A DNA stretch of 64,000 nucleotides. Origin: Lama guanicoe. Taxonomy: Eukaryota. Shown one piece after another: positions 13,397 to 24,625 of the stretch; within the stretch, counting starts at the first letter, position 1, and each line of letters opens with the position of its first letter. The notes beneath the pieces were generated by a model. That model was not told the DNA's origin and ran no database searches. It saw only the letters and a program-made list of their open reading frames with translations. The stretch is from NCBI GenBank assembly GCA_013239625.1, contig MU053629.1, positions 1,205,567 to 1,269,566 on the forward strand. The letters run 5' to 3'. Position numbers and translations under genes: made by a program.

Positions 13397-16300
13397 CTTG
13401 GGTCGTTAGCTAGATAAAGTCATTCTTTTTGGTTGCTCTGTTGTCTTGGACACAGTGAGGCTTTTTTACTGTTGTTTTTCCTTTGTGGGAGAGCTAAAAA
13501 ATCAGTCAGGGTAAGGATGACTCTCCCAGCCAGCTGGAGATTTGAAATTCTTTTATTGCATATAATATACATACAGAAAATTGCATGTACCATCAGTGGT
13601 CAGCTTGCTGCATTTTCACCAGCAGAACACAGCACCCACATCAAGGAACTAAACATGACCAGAGTCCCCCTTGTGCCCCCTTCCAGTCACCTCCACACCA
13701 TAAGGGCCCCTGCTATCCTGACGTCTAACAGCAGAGACTCCTTTAGCAGGCTGGAGTTTAGCCTCAGCTCCCACATCAGCCTGACTGGCAGTTACCCTCC
13801 ATTTCAGAGTTAATGGCTCAGCAGGACTGAACTAGGACTGATTTCCAGAGAGGGCATTAACCCATCACAGGCCCAGCTGCTGCTCCAGCCACCCAGGAGG
13901 AGCGCGCGGGGCAGGGTTGGCCCCATCCTGGCTGTCAGATGGTCCTCCTGTCTCCACGGGGGGCCATCCGGAGGTCAGCCCAGTGACTCAGTGCTGAGGG
14001 GGATGGGGCTAGAGTTCTCTTTCTATGGGCTTCTAGAAGTCCTACCATGTGTTCCTGGAAACGGGAGGCCCCTGGAGCAGGATGACTCAGCAGTATCTAC
14101 GTGCAAAGCAGCTGAGGTCTGCACCCTGGGAAAACCAGCCCATGGCCTTTGGTTGGACTTGCCCCATTCGGTGCAGCCTGTATTGTTTGGAAACCATTTC
14201 TCTCCAGCACCTATGCCAGGCCCTCTCTTTAGCTGTGTGATGCCAACACGGGTGCCTGCTGCCAGCCTGGACCTGCCTGCCTCCTTAGCTGTCCTTCACC
14301 CAGCCTCCTTCACTGGCCCCCACCGAGGGCTGACCCCACATCACGTACGCTCATTTCACTAATAAAAAGCCTCTGTTCTCACCCCCATGCATGTCACACA
14401 TCACCAGACTCTGCCCTCTGCTTCCTCAGCAAACAGCTGCTCTAACTGTACAGAGCAGGAGGGAGAGGGGCTGGCCAACGCTACTGGGCAGGGAGAAATG
14501 CTTCTGGATCAGTTGATGTCCCCCCCCCCTCGGGGAACACCGTGTCATGCCTACGTGGCAGTGAGATTTTCCTCCCACATCTTCTTGACACAGTGTCTCT
14601 CTGTGCCCCGGGACCATCTCACTCTGCCCAGGGAGCTGTCACACAGAGGCAGGGAGCCCTGGAGAGATGTGACTTGTGTCTCCACTCTACCCGGGAAGCC
14701 AGCAGAAGAGGTGCGGCAAGTTACCGGTGACTCAGGCTGCAAAGGTCTTGGGAAACATCTGGTCAAAGGCTCTTTAACAGAGTGTACACAAGAAATAGAC
14801 ACGTTTTTCAGGTTCCCCCCCACCCAGGTCCAGGCCAAGGCCCTGAAATCTGCATATTTGGAAAGCATTCCGGGTGATTCTGATGTAGCTAATCCAAAGC
14901 CACATTTTAGGAACACTGATCTGGAAACCCCTTCCCCAGGTGGGGAGAAAGCGAGACCCCCAGGGACTCACAGCGTTTACTCAAGACCATACGGAATAAG
15001 CCCCAGAGCCCGAGTGCCGCCTTCTCTCCACGCCTGCACTGCTTCCCGTCTCCTCCCACCACTGAACCTGCCCGAGGGGCCCCGATGCCCAGACTCCGCC
15101 GATCCCTCCTTTGTCAGGTCTCTGGCCCTGCCCTGCCCTCTTACTGCCATCACTGCAAACTGGACGTTAAGGCACAGAATGGGGTTTCTACAAAGCCAAA
15201 CACCTTCCTGCCTCCCTTGCATCCTCCACCCCCTATGACCCTCTCTTCTCCTAAAAACACTGCCCCACCCCTCCATCCATGGGACAAAGTGGAAAAGCCT
15301 GGCCTTGCCCCTCCATGCCACCCCTATTTGACCCAACTTATCTTTCTGACCTTAGAGTCATCCCTCCCCTGTAACAACTTCTCTACATTTTTTTCCCCTC
15401 AAATGCCATCCTGCATTTTCTTGCCTCCACTCATTGTGATGCCATCATCAGCTTGGCCAGTAGCACTTGCTTCCCACCATACTGAATCCTCCCCATCCTC
15501 CAAGGTCCAGGTGAAAACCCGTCTCCTCCAGGAAGCCTTCCTTGACCGTCCAGCCCGAGCACTCTCATCCTCCTTGGAACCAGCAGAGCACTGAACCGTT
15601 TACTTGTTACCTGTTATTATTACCTGTTCTAGTCCGCTTTGAATTAAGATCTTTACGTCATTCCCAGCTATAGACCACAGCCTACCCTTCTTTATTCTTG
15701 CTCTTATTTCTATTGCTTGGGTAGACTGTCCTAGGAGAACATTTTTGAGATGTATGTCAGATGATGTTTTCCTACAGCCTACCCTTCTAATCACCCACCC
15801 ACTCAGCAACGTGCCTCGCACAGAGTAGTACGTAAGGGATGTTAGCAGTGATGGAGCGTGAGATGCTGGAGACAAGGAAATCTTGGGCTGTAGGTGGCTG
15901 GTTGATTAGTTCAGGGAGTTTTCTATTCCTCTTGGGCGAACAAACATCCAAGGGCTAACTAGCAAATCTAAGTCAGATCTTTCTCTTGATTCTGCTTCCA
16001 CTGTAGTAATCAACTTTCCGGCCCGTCACCACCCATCCTGTGCCAGTGAGGCCCCTTCCACCCTCCTGCTCACGACAACGATCTCTCTTGCACACCCCTT
16101 GTGACTCAGTCCTAAACAAGACATTATTAACATTCCTGCACTTACCAGTGGACCCTGGTGCTTGGCCCCCACCCCCACTCCAGCTGATGGTCAGATTTCC
16201 CATTCACTGCAACCCACCAGCTGAGCCAATTTCAAGCCACTTGTCTTGAAACCCTTTTGCACACTCAACGTCCCTGTTGCCCCACTTAAGCCAAGCATTT

Positions 16301-16783
16301 CTCTCTCACTGAGGACTGACCATCACCCCTTGGCTCACTGCTTGCTTACAAACATAACAAAAATAAGTTAATTCTAGACACACTGGCAGCGTAAGTTCTG
16401 GAGCCTGAGCCTAGCTTTCAGAAAGGGGGCTTTTATTCTTTGCTTATCGTAGGAGAAGAGCTGCAAGAGGAGAAAAGCACCCTTCTGCCCAGGGCCCTTG
16501 CAGTCTGAAGGTCAGCTGGGCATCCTCACCTGAGAGGTTTGCAGGAATCTGGGTGCCTTAACTCTATGACTTGCAGTTCGAAGGTGCAAATCAGGCTCAG
16601 CTGCTTGGAGAAAGAGCTGTACGCACAGCCTGTGCGGAGCGGTTCTTTAGAGAGGATTTTGTGCCCTCTTGTAACAAAACCAGAACTGCTCTTCTCTGCC
16701 CCCGAAGTAATTGCCACAGATCAAGACATTTCTGGCTAAATACAGTCATCTCTTCAAAAAAAGCATTTAAGATCTCTACTTAC

Positions 16784-16804
16784 CAAAATAGGTCCACTTG
16801 GATC
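16784..16804 (-). CDS. CA12: Carbonic anhydrase 12, exon 2 (21-nt microexon)
   Basis: Minus strand reads ttgctttgtttttttctttgcag|GATCCAAGTGGACCTATTTTG|gtaagt. It is phase 1/1 and encodes (G)SKWTYF(G), the continuation of CA12 after exon 1, with a strong polypyrimidine tract and consensus donor. Confidence 0.95.
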
Positions 16805-16934
16805 CTGCAAAGAAAAAAACAAAGCAAGTAAGTACAATTGAGCTGGAACAAGTTAGAGAAAACAGTACAGATTTTACTTTTAAATGAGTGAGACTGTAAA
16901 AAAGGTGGATGCCCAGAACTTAAAACTTTTTCAA

Positions 16935-18056
16935 TGTGGAGAAAAGGGAACCCTCATGTACTATTGGTGGAAACGTAAATTTGTGCAGCCATTATGGAAA
17001 ACAGTGTAGAAGTTCCTCAAAAAATTAAAAACAGAACTGCCGCATGATCCAGCAATTCCACCCCTGGTATTTATCAGAAGAAAAAAAAAACACTGTTTAG
17101 AAAAGATATATGCACCCCTATGTTCATTGAAGCATTATTCACAATAGCCAAGACATGGAAGCCACCCAAGTGCCCATCAAAAAATGAATGGACAAAAAAA
17201 GATGTGATATATATACATACACACACCATGGAATATTACTTGGCAATTAAAAAGAATGAAATCTTGCCATTTGCAACAACATGGATGGACCTAGAGGGTA
17301 TTATGCTAAGTGAAAGCAGTCAGAGAAAGACAAATATTGTATGACTTCACTTATATGTAGAATCTAAAAAAAAAAGCAAATGAACAAACATAACAAAACA
17401 GAAACAGAGTTATAGATACAAAGATGAAGGAGGTGGTTGCCAGAGGACAGGAGGGTGGGGAGAGGAAAGAAATAGGTGAAAGAGATTGAGATACAAACTT
17501 CCAGTTGTAAAATAAATGTCATCAATATGAAATGTACAGTGTGGGGAATATAGTCAATAACTATGTAATATCTTCAGATGGTGACATATTTTAAATGTAT
17601 AGAAAAATCACTATGTTGTATAATAGGAACTAACATACTGTTGTAGGTCAATTATATTTCAAAAACAAACTCATAGAAGAAAATATATCGTGGTTAACAG
17701 GGGCAGAGGTGAGGGGAGGAGGAACTGGATGAAAGCTGTCAAAGGGTACAACCTTTCAGTTATAAGATAAATAAGAAATTGGGATGTGATATACAACATG
17801 ATAAATATAGTTAACACTTCTGTACATTATATATGAAAGTTATTAAGAGCAAATCCTAAGAATTTTCTTCACAAGGAAAAAAATTCTATTCCATTGTGTG
17901 TCTATATGAGATGAGGGATATTCAGCAGACTTACTGTGGTGAGCATTTCATGATGTTTGTGAGTTAAATCATTAGACTGTACACCTTAAACTTACATGGT
18001 GCTGTATCTCAATTACATCTCAATAAAACTGGAAGAAAAAATAAAAATACTAATTT
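16935..18056 (+). mobile_element. L1 3' portion (end of ORF2 plus 3' UTR)
   Basis: ORF2 C-terminal peptide MFIEALFTIAKTWKPPKCPS...EYYLAIKKNEILPFATTWMDLEGIMLSE, followed by 3' UTR, AATAAA and A-tail; flanked by aaaa(g)ctttttcaa. Confidence 0.92.
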
Positions 18057-18071
18057 AAAAAGCTTTTTCAA

Positions 18072-18232
18072 AAATATGAAAACAGATACATGTATGTATG
18101 TGCATGACTGGGACATGGTGCTATACACCAGAAATTGACACATTGTAACTGACAGTACTTCAATTAAAAAAAAAGAAATACAGAGGACTGAAAAGTAGAA
18201 AATAAAAACCACTTATTACCAACAACAACAAC
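18072..18232 (+). mobile_element. Short young L1 3' tail
   Basis: gcatgactgggacatggtgctatacaccagaaattgacacattgtaactgacagtacttcaattaaaaa. Confidence 0.7.
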
Positions 18233-18335
18233 AAAATCTTTTTCAGAGTCCCGGTCAGACTTTTTGCTCCCAGGGGAGGCAAAGCACAGGGCAGTGATTT
18301 TGGGTGGGCGCCCAGGGTGAAGGAGGGGGCTTCTT

Positions 18336-18842
18336 TTTTTTTTGTTTCTATTGAAGTATAGTTGACTTACAATGTTGTGTTAATCTCTGGTATATAGCAT
18401 AGTGATTCATTTATACATATATATTCCTTTTCAAATTCTTTTTCATTATAGGCCATTGGAAGGTATTGAATATAGTTCCCTGTGCTGTATAGTAGGACCT
18501 TGTTGTTTATCTGTTTTATATACAGTAGTTAGTATCTGCAAATCCCAAACTCCCAATTTATCCCTCCCCAACTTCCTCTCCTCCCATTAGCAATAAGTTT
18601 GTTTTCTACGTCTGTGAGTCTGTCTCTATTTTATAAGTAAGTTCATTCGTGTCTTTTTTTTCCTCCAAATGGCATTATTTCATTCTTTGTTATGGCTGAG
18701 TAGTATTCCACTGTATAAATATACCACAGCTTCTTTATCCAGTCATCTGTTGATGGACACTTAGTTTGTTTCCATGTCTTGGTTATTGTAAATAGCTGCT
18801 ATGAACATTGGGGTGCGTGTGTCTTTTTGAATTAGAGTTTTG
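18336..18842 (-). mobile_element. 5'-truncated L1
   Basis: Poly(T) head, L1 3' UTR and ORF2 end on the minus strand; TSD ggagggggcttctt / ggagggagcttctt. Confidence 0.9.
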
Positions 18843-20317
18843 GGAGGGAGCTTCTTGATCAGAAGCCTCCCCGACATCTTAGAGAAGCCAAATTTTATTA
18901 TCTGAATAGGTAATAAATTCACAAGGCTCAAAACCCAAAAGCCACCAAAAGGTATACAGTGAAAGCTCTTCCCATCACCCAACCTCCCTGCTTCCATTAG
19001 AGCCTGCCAGTTTCAGCAGCAGATGTGAACCTTCCCCGGTAGGACTGCAGACACCTATTTGTATTCTGTCCCCCAACCCTTTCTTCACACAAATGCTAGC
19101 CTACAGGAAAACTTGTTCTGCGTCTTGCTTTTTCCCTCTTAACACAGCCTGGAGAATTGTTCTTGTCAGTACACAAGGAAGAGAAAACTAATCTCACAAA
19201 GAAAGATTTTCTTTGAGGAAGCTTGTCCCCCTCATCTGAGTGAGAATTCCAGGGGCGGTGGCATGTGGAGGAGGGTTCGGCCAGGAGTATAAGGAGGTCT
19301 CCTCCCACTCCACACCCTTCACACATCAAAGTCCTTGGTGCAGATAAGTCATCGCAGGACCGTGCTCTCGTTCCCCGGTCTGCACACCTCCTTCTTCACC
19401 TCCAGAAGGAGCCTGAGACCCCGAACTGAGACTCAGGGGACACATCACAACAAGGAGACTGCTCAACTCCTATGTCCCTCTCTCCCAGCTTCTCCTAGTG
19501 CTGCCAGGATCTCGGCCCCCCAGGGTACAGCTCCCATCTCCTCTCTCTTGGGAATTGATTGGCGGTGAAACGTGCCTGACCAGCAGTCTGGTCCCTTATC
19601 ACAGCTGGGCACTTCCTACCTGCGCAAATGGTGGTTTTTCAAAGGTAAAAGAGGGTTTTGCTTGTTTCTTCTTTTTAAGCTGGTTTAATCTCATATTTTT
19701 TGTTTTTGTTCTGTTTCATTTCTTTGCCTCAGTATTTTGAATTTTATTTTTAATGTTCAAATTCGATTGGTAATTTTTTTTCAAATTATGCTTGTGCATG
19801 GTTTAAAGGGTCAGATGGTTCCATAAGGCTTTTTTTTTTTTAAATCAAAATATCAGTCCCTGACCCTCACTGGCCATTTTCCTGCTCCATATGGCAACCA
19901 CTTTGAATTCTTTTAAAACGATTCTTTTCGCATTATCTCCCCATCTCTAGAAAACATGCCCATCTTACTTCTTCATGATTTGCTTTGGCTTAGGCATTAT
20001 TTATTGCCATCCCCCTCTGGAAGGCAAGGATGGAGGGCTCTTCCACACACCTGCAGCCCATCATCTTGTTTTATAGATGATGAAATGAAAGTCCACGAGG
20101 TGACGTGGAAGATCAGTCCTGCAAAGAAGTGTCTCTCCACATTTCCCATCACTTCTCACAAACTCAGAAAATCTTTGAGTCTCCTTCTCGATCTTTGGGA
20201 TAAAGGGGGGAGTCCAGACCCTTAGAGTATCTGATTAAGTTCTGTGGACCTTTTCCCTGTAAAAATGCCCACAAGCTTGAACACACAAAATTTCATGAAC
20301 ACTTAATGTCATAGAAC

Positions 20318-21314
20318 TGTGTCAGGTTTGTTTTTTTTAAACCATAAGCTTCTTTGTCATAAACATCTTTGTCACAAGCATTTTTGCAACAAACCTTTTT
20401 GCTGCATAATTAATTGGTAGTAAGACAGTTCCACCATGAAAGACTGAGTAACTGGCTGACAGTTTTTGGTTGGACAATCTGATTTTCACTCCTTGAAATG
20501 CATTAGCATTTCTTCCAATTCGTGACATTATTGATGGCTTTACCCAGCTGACAGATGACGATGATTTACCCCAAGAGTTGGTTGCTTACTCTGAAGCACG
20601 CCACCTTGGAGGAGAAAGAGACAAAGGGCCTCGAAGGTGCAGAGTTGAGCCAACATTTCCCACAGAACCCTGGAACATCTATCAACAGACATGGGACAGA
20701 TATGCCAAGAACACACGACAATACAGAAGCTTTCGCAGTGCAACACAAAGCACAGGTACAAACATGCACGCTAGCATTTGGAAACTGAAACCTCTTTTAA
20801 TGAAGGAAGAAATGTTAGCGACAAAGAAAAAGTGTGATGCCAAACCAGGAGATGAATCCACAAGGCAAAAAAGAAAAAAAAGTATAAAATACTATGAACA
20901 AAAGACTTGGAAGACCAACGCTGAGGTACAACCCACACGATAAAATCAGTCATTGCTGTGAATCTACACATATTTTAAATGTATTCAAATATTTTGTATT
21001 TCCCAATGGCTTTTCAAATTTTGTTATTTTTTAAAGGTTGTTTATCTGTTTTTATTTTTATTTTTTAATGGAGGTACTGGGGATTGAACCCAGGACCTTG
21101 TGCGTGCTAAGCATGCACTCTGCCACCGAGCTATACCCTCCCCTACTGAAATAATTTTGTTATTTACTTCTTACGTTTCAATGTGTCCTTTTTTGATGTC
21201 CTTTATTTACTTTTCATTATTTTATTTTCTACTGTAAAATTGCCTTATGGGCCAATTGGTTGTTCAGCAAAAATGCTTGTGGCAAGATGGTTACAGTGAA
21301 AGTACCCAGGACCC
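20318..21314 (+). mobile_element. MULE/MuDR DNA transposon remnant (Ricksha-like), internally deleted
   Basis: Degenerate transposase C-terminus from 20500: ALAFLPIRDIIDGFTQLTDDDDLPQELVAYSEARHLGG...EPTFPTEPWNIYQQT/DMPRTHDNTEAF/...HASIWKL. A 15-bp perfect inverted repeat (20373-20387 / 21267-21281) lies inside longer imperfect TIRs. Confidence 0.8.
21040..21143 (-). mobile_element. tRNA-derived SINE (Vic-1 type) inside the MULE
   Basis: ggaggtactggggattgaacccaggacc...gctaagcatgcactctgccaccgagctataccctcccc. Confidence 0.88.
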
Positions 21315-24300
21315 ACAGGGCCCTGAAACCAGCTATGGACCCGACAGGGATTGACAATCCCAAAATTAACCTTCCTCGGATTATTGATTGGATGAAGACA
21401 TTCAGAATCATGGAGAAACCAAATCTGTACGTGACCGCCAAGTTTACGACTAGCCTTTTACTGAGACAGTAGTGAAAAGGGACAAAAAGGCATTGCCTTT
21501 GAACCACGCTACAGAAGACCTCAGTCCTCTCTCCTGAACATTTTCCTTCAGCGTTTTGTTTGAAGGGTTCTATTAAAACACAGTTACAGATTCCAGAGGC
21601 AGAGGAAGCCGGATTATTGTCACTTAGCCTGGCAGAGCACTTGGGGGTCCAGGATGTAAGATTCCATCAGTAACAGGGAAGTTCGTCCCCACTACGTCCC
21701 TAGAGAGACACAGGTGTTCCTGGAGGCCACCAGAAAAAACACCCGTTGCCTCTGAGCAGTCCTGCCTCGGCCAGAATTTTAATTGCACCTGAGGCAAAAT
21801 CAAACATAGCCTTAATATCCTGCATCTTTTACGATCTTCCCCAAGGCTTGGGAAGCTCAGCTTTCCCCATTGCCGTAGCTCTCCTCCTCAGATAAGGTAT
21901 CAGCATGACACTCGAGAGCTCAGGGACCAAAGTAACAGTGTGGGCATCTGGGGTTGTAAGGCCTCGGCGCGTGACACAGGCCTGGGGACTTGCTCCTGAA
22001 GAGCAGCAGGGTCAGAGCGGTCTCTCCCGCCCTCCTTTCTCTGCATGAGCCTGCTTGGCCCTCAGGACTTGATGCTTTGGGTGGAAATGGCAGTGTCTGG
22101 AGGGGCGCAGAAGCTAGAGGCTGGGGGTGGGGGGAAGCACTGTAAAATGAAGGGAGGGTAGTCTGAGTCAGGGGGTCTCGTTGGATGACAGTCAGGGCCC
22201 AGCCTGGTTTACTGTCCGCTCAGAACTGAAGTCAGGAAGGCTTCATAAAGGACGTGGAGGGGGTGTGTGTTTGCTTTATCTGGAAACGGCCCCTCCCCAC
22301 CCCTACCTTTAGGAGAAGAGTCTTCACCCCACAGGCAGGCCAGGCCAAGGCCCCTGCGGCTGCACCTCAGCAGCCTCACGTGGCAACTGCTCTCTTTCCA
22401 AGAAGGTCACCCTGGGAGGCCCAGCTGGACGCCTGTTAGGACCTGCAGACCCAGCTTATACTGGGCCAGGAGAACGCCCTGGGTGCTCGCAGAGGAAATG
22501 ATATTTGCAACGTTCAACGCCCAGCTTGCTTCCTGTCCTAGGTTCTAGAACCTTCCCTGAGTAACTGACATCCGGGGCAGCCCAAGATCGCACAGCTCTC
22601 CACACTGGGTTCATGCAGAGCAAGCACAGCAGAATTCATCAAAATGCCCCCCCGCCCGTCCCCAGCAGTAAGAATTCCAAGGTTGTCTCTGGAAGATGCT
22701 TGACTTCACCTTCCTGAGCCCCCTCCCTCCCTGACCCCCACGTTCACCAGTGCCAACTGCCGGAAGTTTCCATGTCCAGGCAGAGGGCAGACCACGCTCT
22801 CCTCCTCTTGGTGCAGCCAAACCCCCCTGCGCCCCCTACCTTGGGTTAATGCTGACACTCGACTCTACACCTCAGTGATTTTTGCTTTGACCTTGTCCCC
22901 CAGGTAATTGAAAAGCCAAGAAACCTACCGGGAGGATAACAGAATAAAAGCTGCGTTCTCAGAATCAAGGGGGTAAGCAGACTGGCCGCCCAGTGTGGGG
23001 CGATGGAGTTTTCACTGCGAAGTTCCCCCAGCCCAGCTGGGAGCACGGGAGGGGAGGGAGGGCACAGAGGGCGGGGGAAGCGAGAGGAGGGAAGAGGAGC
23101 TGCCCCCAGAGCGAGGGGAGGACAGGCTTCCAGGGAAGGGGGCCAGTGTTTGTCTCGGAGCTGCTCTGGAGCTAAAAGGGAGATTTCTGGTGAAACCTCA
23201 GGTCTCAGTGCAGCTTTCTTGAGAGGGAGATACATGTCAAAGTCTGCAGTCTTAAAAATTATTTTCCACTTTTATACAACTCCTTTCTCCCCACTACCTT
23301 CTATTTCTCCCCGACCAGATGAGGGAGATGCTAGCAAGCATATCACGCCAGCTAGTGGATTCGAAATGGATTAAGAGGAAAGACAAAGTTGCTGACTGCC
23401 CGGGTCCTCCTGCTCGGTGACCTCCGAGAGGAGGGGGTCTCTGAGCTGCTGAGCAGGACCAACTTCCCACCACCACCACCACCACTGCCTAGCCAGAGGG
23501 GGTTGATTTTCAGCCATTCTAGTCGCTTTGGGCCCTTCTATAAATGTTTTGTCCTAGCCTGGGTCCAGGAATGGTTGCATCTACAAATATCTTACAACTT
23601 GGGGCAAACTCTGACAAGGACAGGAGTCACCACCATCCGTTACTCAAGAAGTTTCCAAAAGCGCTCACCCAGCTGTGGGGGGGGGGCAGGCAAAAACCCT
23701 GATCTTGGCTGCTCATCGCAACTCACTGCCCAGACCTCAGCCTCAGTTCAGGCCCCCCGCCTCCTCCTGCCACTGCTCGGCACCACCAGCCTCCAGCCCT
23801 TCGGGATTAAAAGCCCTCATTACACTCAAAAATAAGGTGTGTATGCTTGTCTGGGGGCACGTACACACACACGTGTACATTCAGAATAGTAGAGCCCTTC
23901 TGGCGAAAAACAATGATTAAGGACGGGATGCATCATCCCTTTGACTTGGAGGTAAAACCTAGGGGCAAAGAGTCTCTCCTCCAAGGAAAAGCACCCACCA
24001 TGGTAGAGGGTTCTGCCCTGGGGCCACTGCAAACCCTCCCGCGTAATGACACTGCTCAGAACGCCCCAGTGTCTTCTCCACCATCTGCACGTGGATCAGG
24101 TTCTGTTTCTCCTCCCCAGGCAGCAAATTCCCAAGCCACTTCTCCATATTTCAACGCACATATTTTAACGCCGAGACAACCGAGCTCCCCCTCAACCGCA
24201 GCAGAGCCTGCATTCCGAAGGAAAAACGAAGCATCCTTTGTAAAAACGTGCTCTCTGAGACCATGCACGTCCTTCCCTGCTCCGCACGAATGATTTTACT

Positions 24301-24381
24301 TTATCATTAAAGAGCTCTGTGGGGAATCCTATCCTGGTGCCGCCGAGCGCTCGGGACTGTTAGAAGAGGCAGAAACTTTAC

Positions 24382-24466
24382 CGTTGAGTGGGGCTGGGCT
24401 GGAAGGCTGTTGCTTTAAGATCACCAGCAGGAGGACAGCAGCCGCGTGCAGGCTGCGGCCGGGCAT
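24382..24466 (-). CDS. CA12: Carbonic anhydrase 12, coding exon 1 (signal peptide)
   Basis: Translates [29 protein letters not shown], closely matching the human CA12 N-terminus [32 protein letters not shown] context is AAGATGC (A at -3). The 85 coding nt are followed by donor G|GTAAAG (24381-24376), within a CpG island. Confidence 0.96.
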
Positions 24467-24618
24467 CTTCGGGCGGCTCTTTCGGGAAGGCGGGCGCGGG
24501 CGGCCGGCGGCTTGGCTGCTCCGGGGCTGGCGGGGCGCGCACGGGGGCCTCGTGCGCGCAGCCGGGGCGCCGGGGCGAGCACGTCTAGCCTTTGGGCTCC
24601 TGGCTCCTCGCGGGCTGC

Positions 24619-24625
24619 TTTTATG
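24619..24625 (-). promoter_or_regulatory. TATA-like box (CATAAAA)
   Basis: Short AT-rich motif within the GC-rich promoter, ~155 nt upstream of the ATG and oriented with CA12. Confidence 0.6.

Noticed and set aside
14387..15238. Longest ORF in the track (283 aa, plus strand)
   Set aside because: No recognisable protein; Pro/Ser/Leu-rich composition typical of GC-rich non-coding DNA; runs through a MER5-like fragment (~14820-14920); antisense within the CA12 intron.
16524..16532. Extra minus-strand donor CAG|GTGAGG ~255 nt past exon 2
   Set aside because: Extending exon 2 to it meets a TAG two codons into the intron, and nothing supports its use.
1..16783. Search for CA12 exon 3 (GPDGENSWSKKYPSCGG...)
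   Set aside because: No matching peptide found in the ORF track or by eye. CA12 intron 2 is long in mammals, so the exon most likely lies beyond the window.
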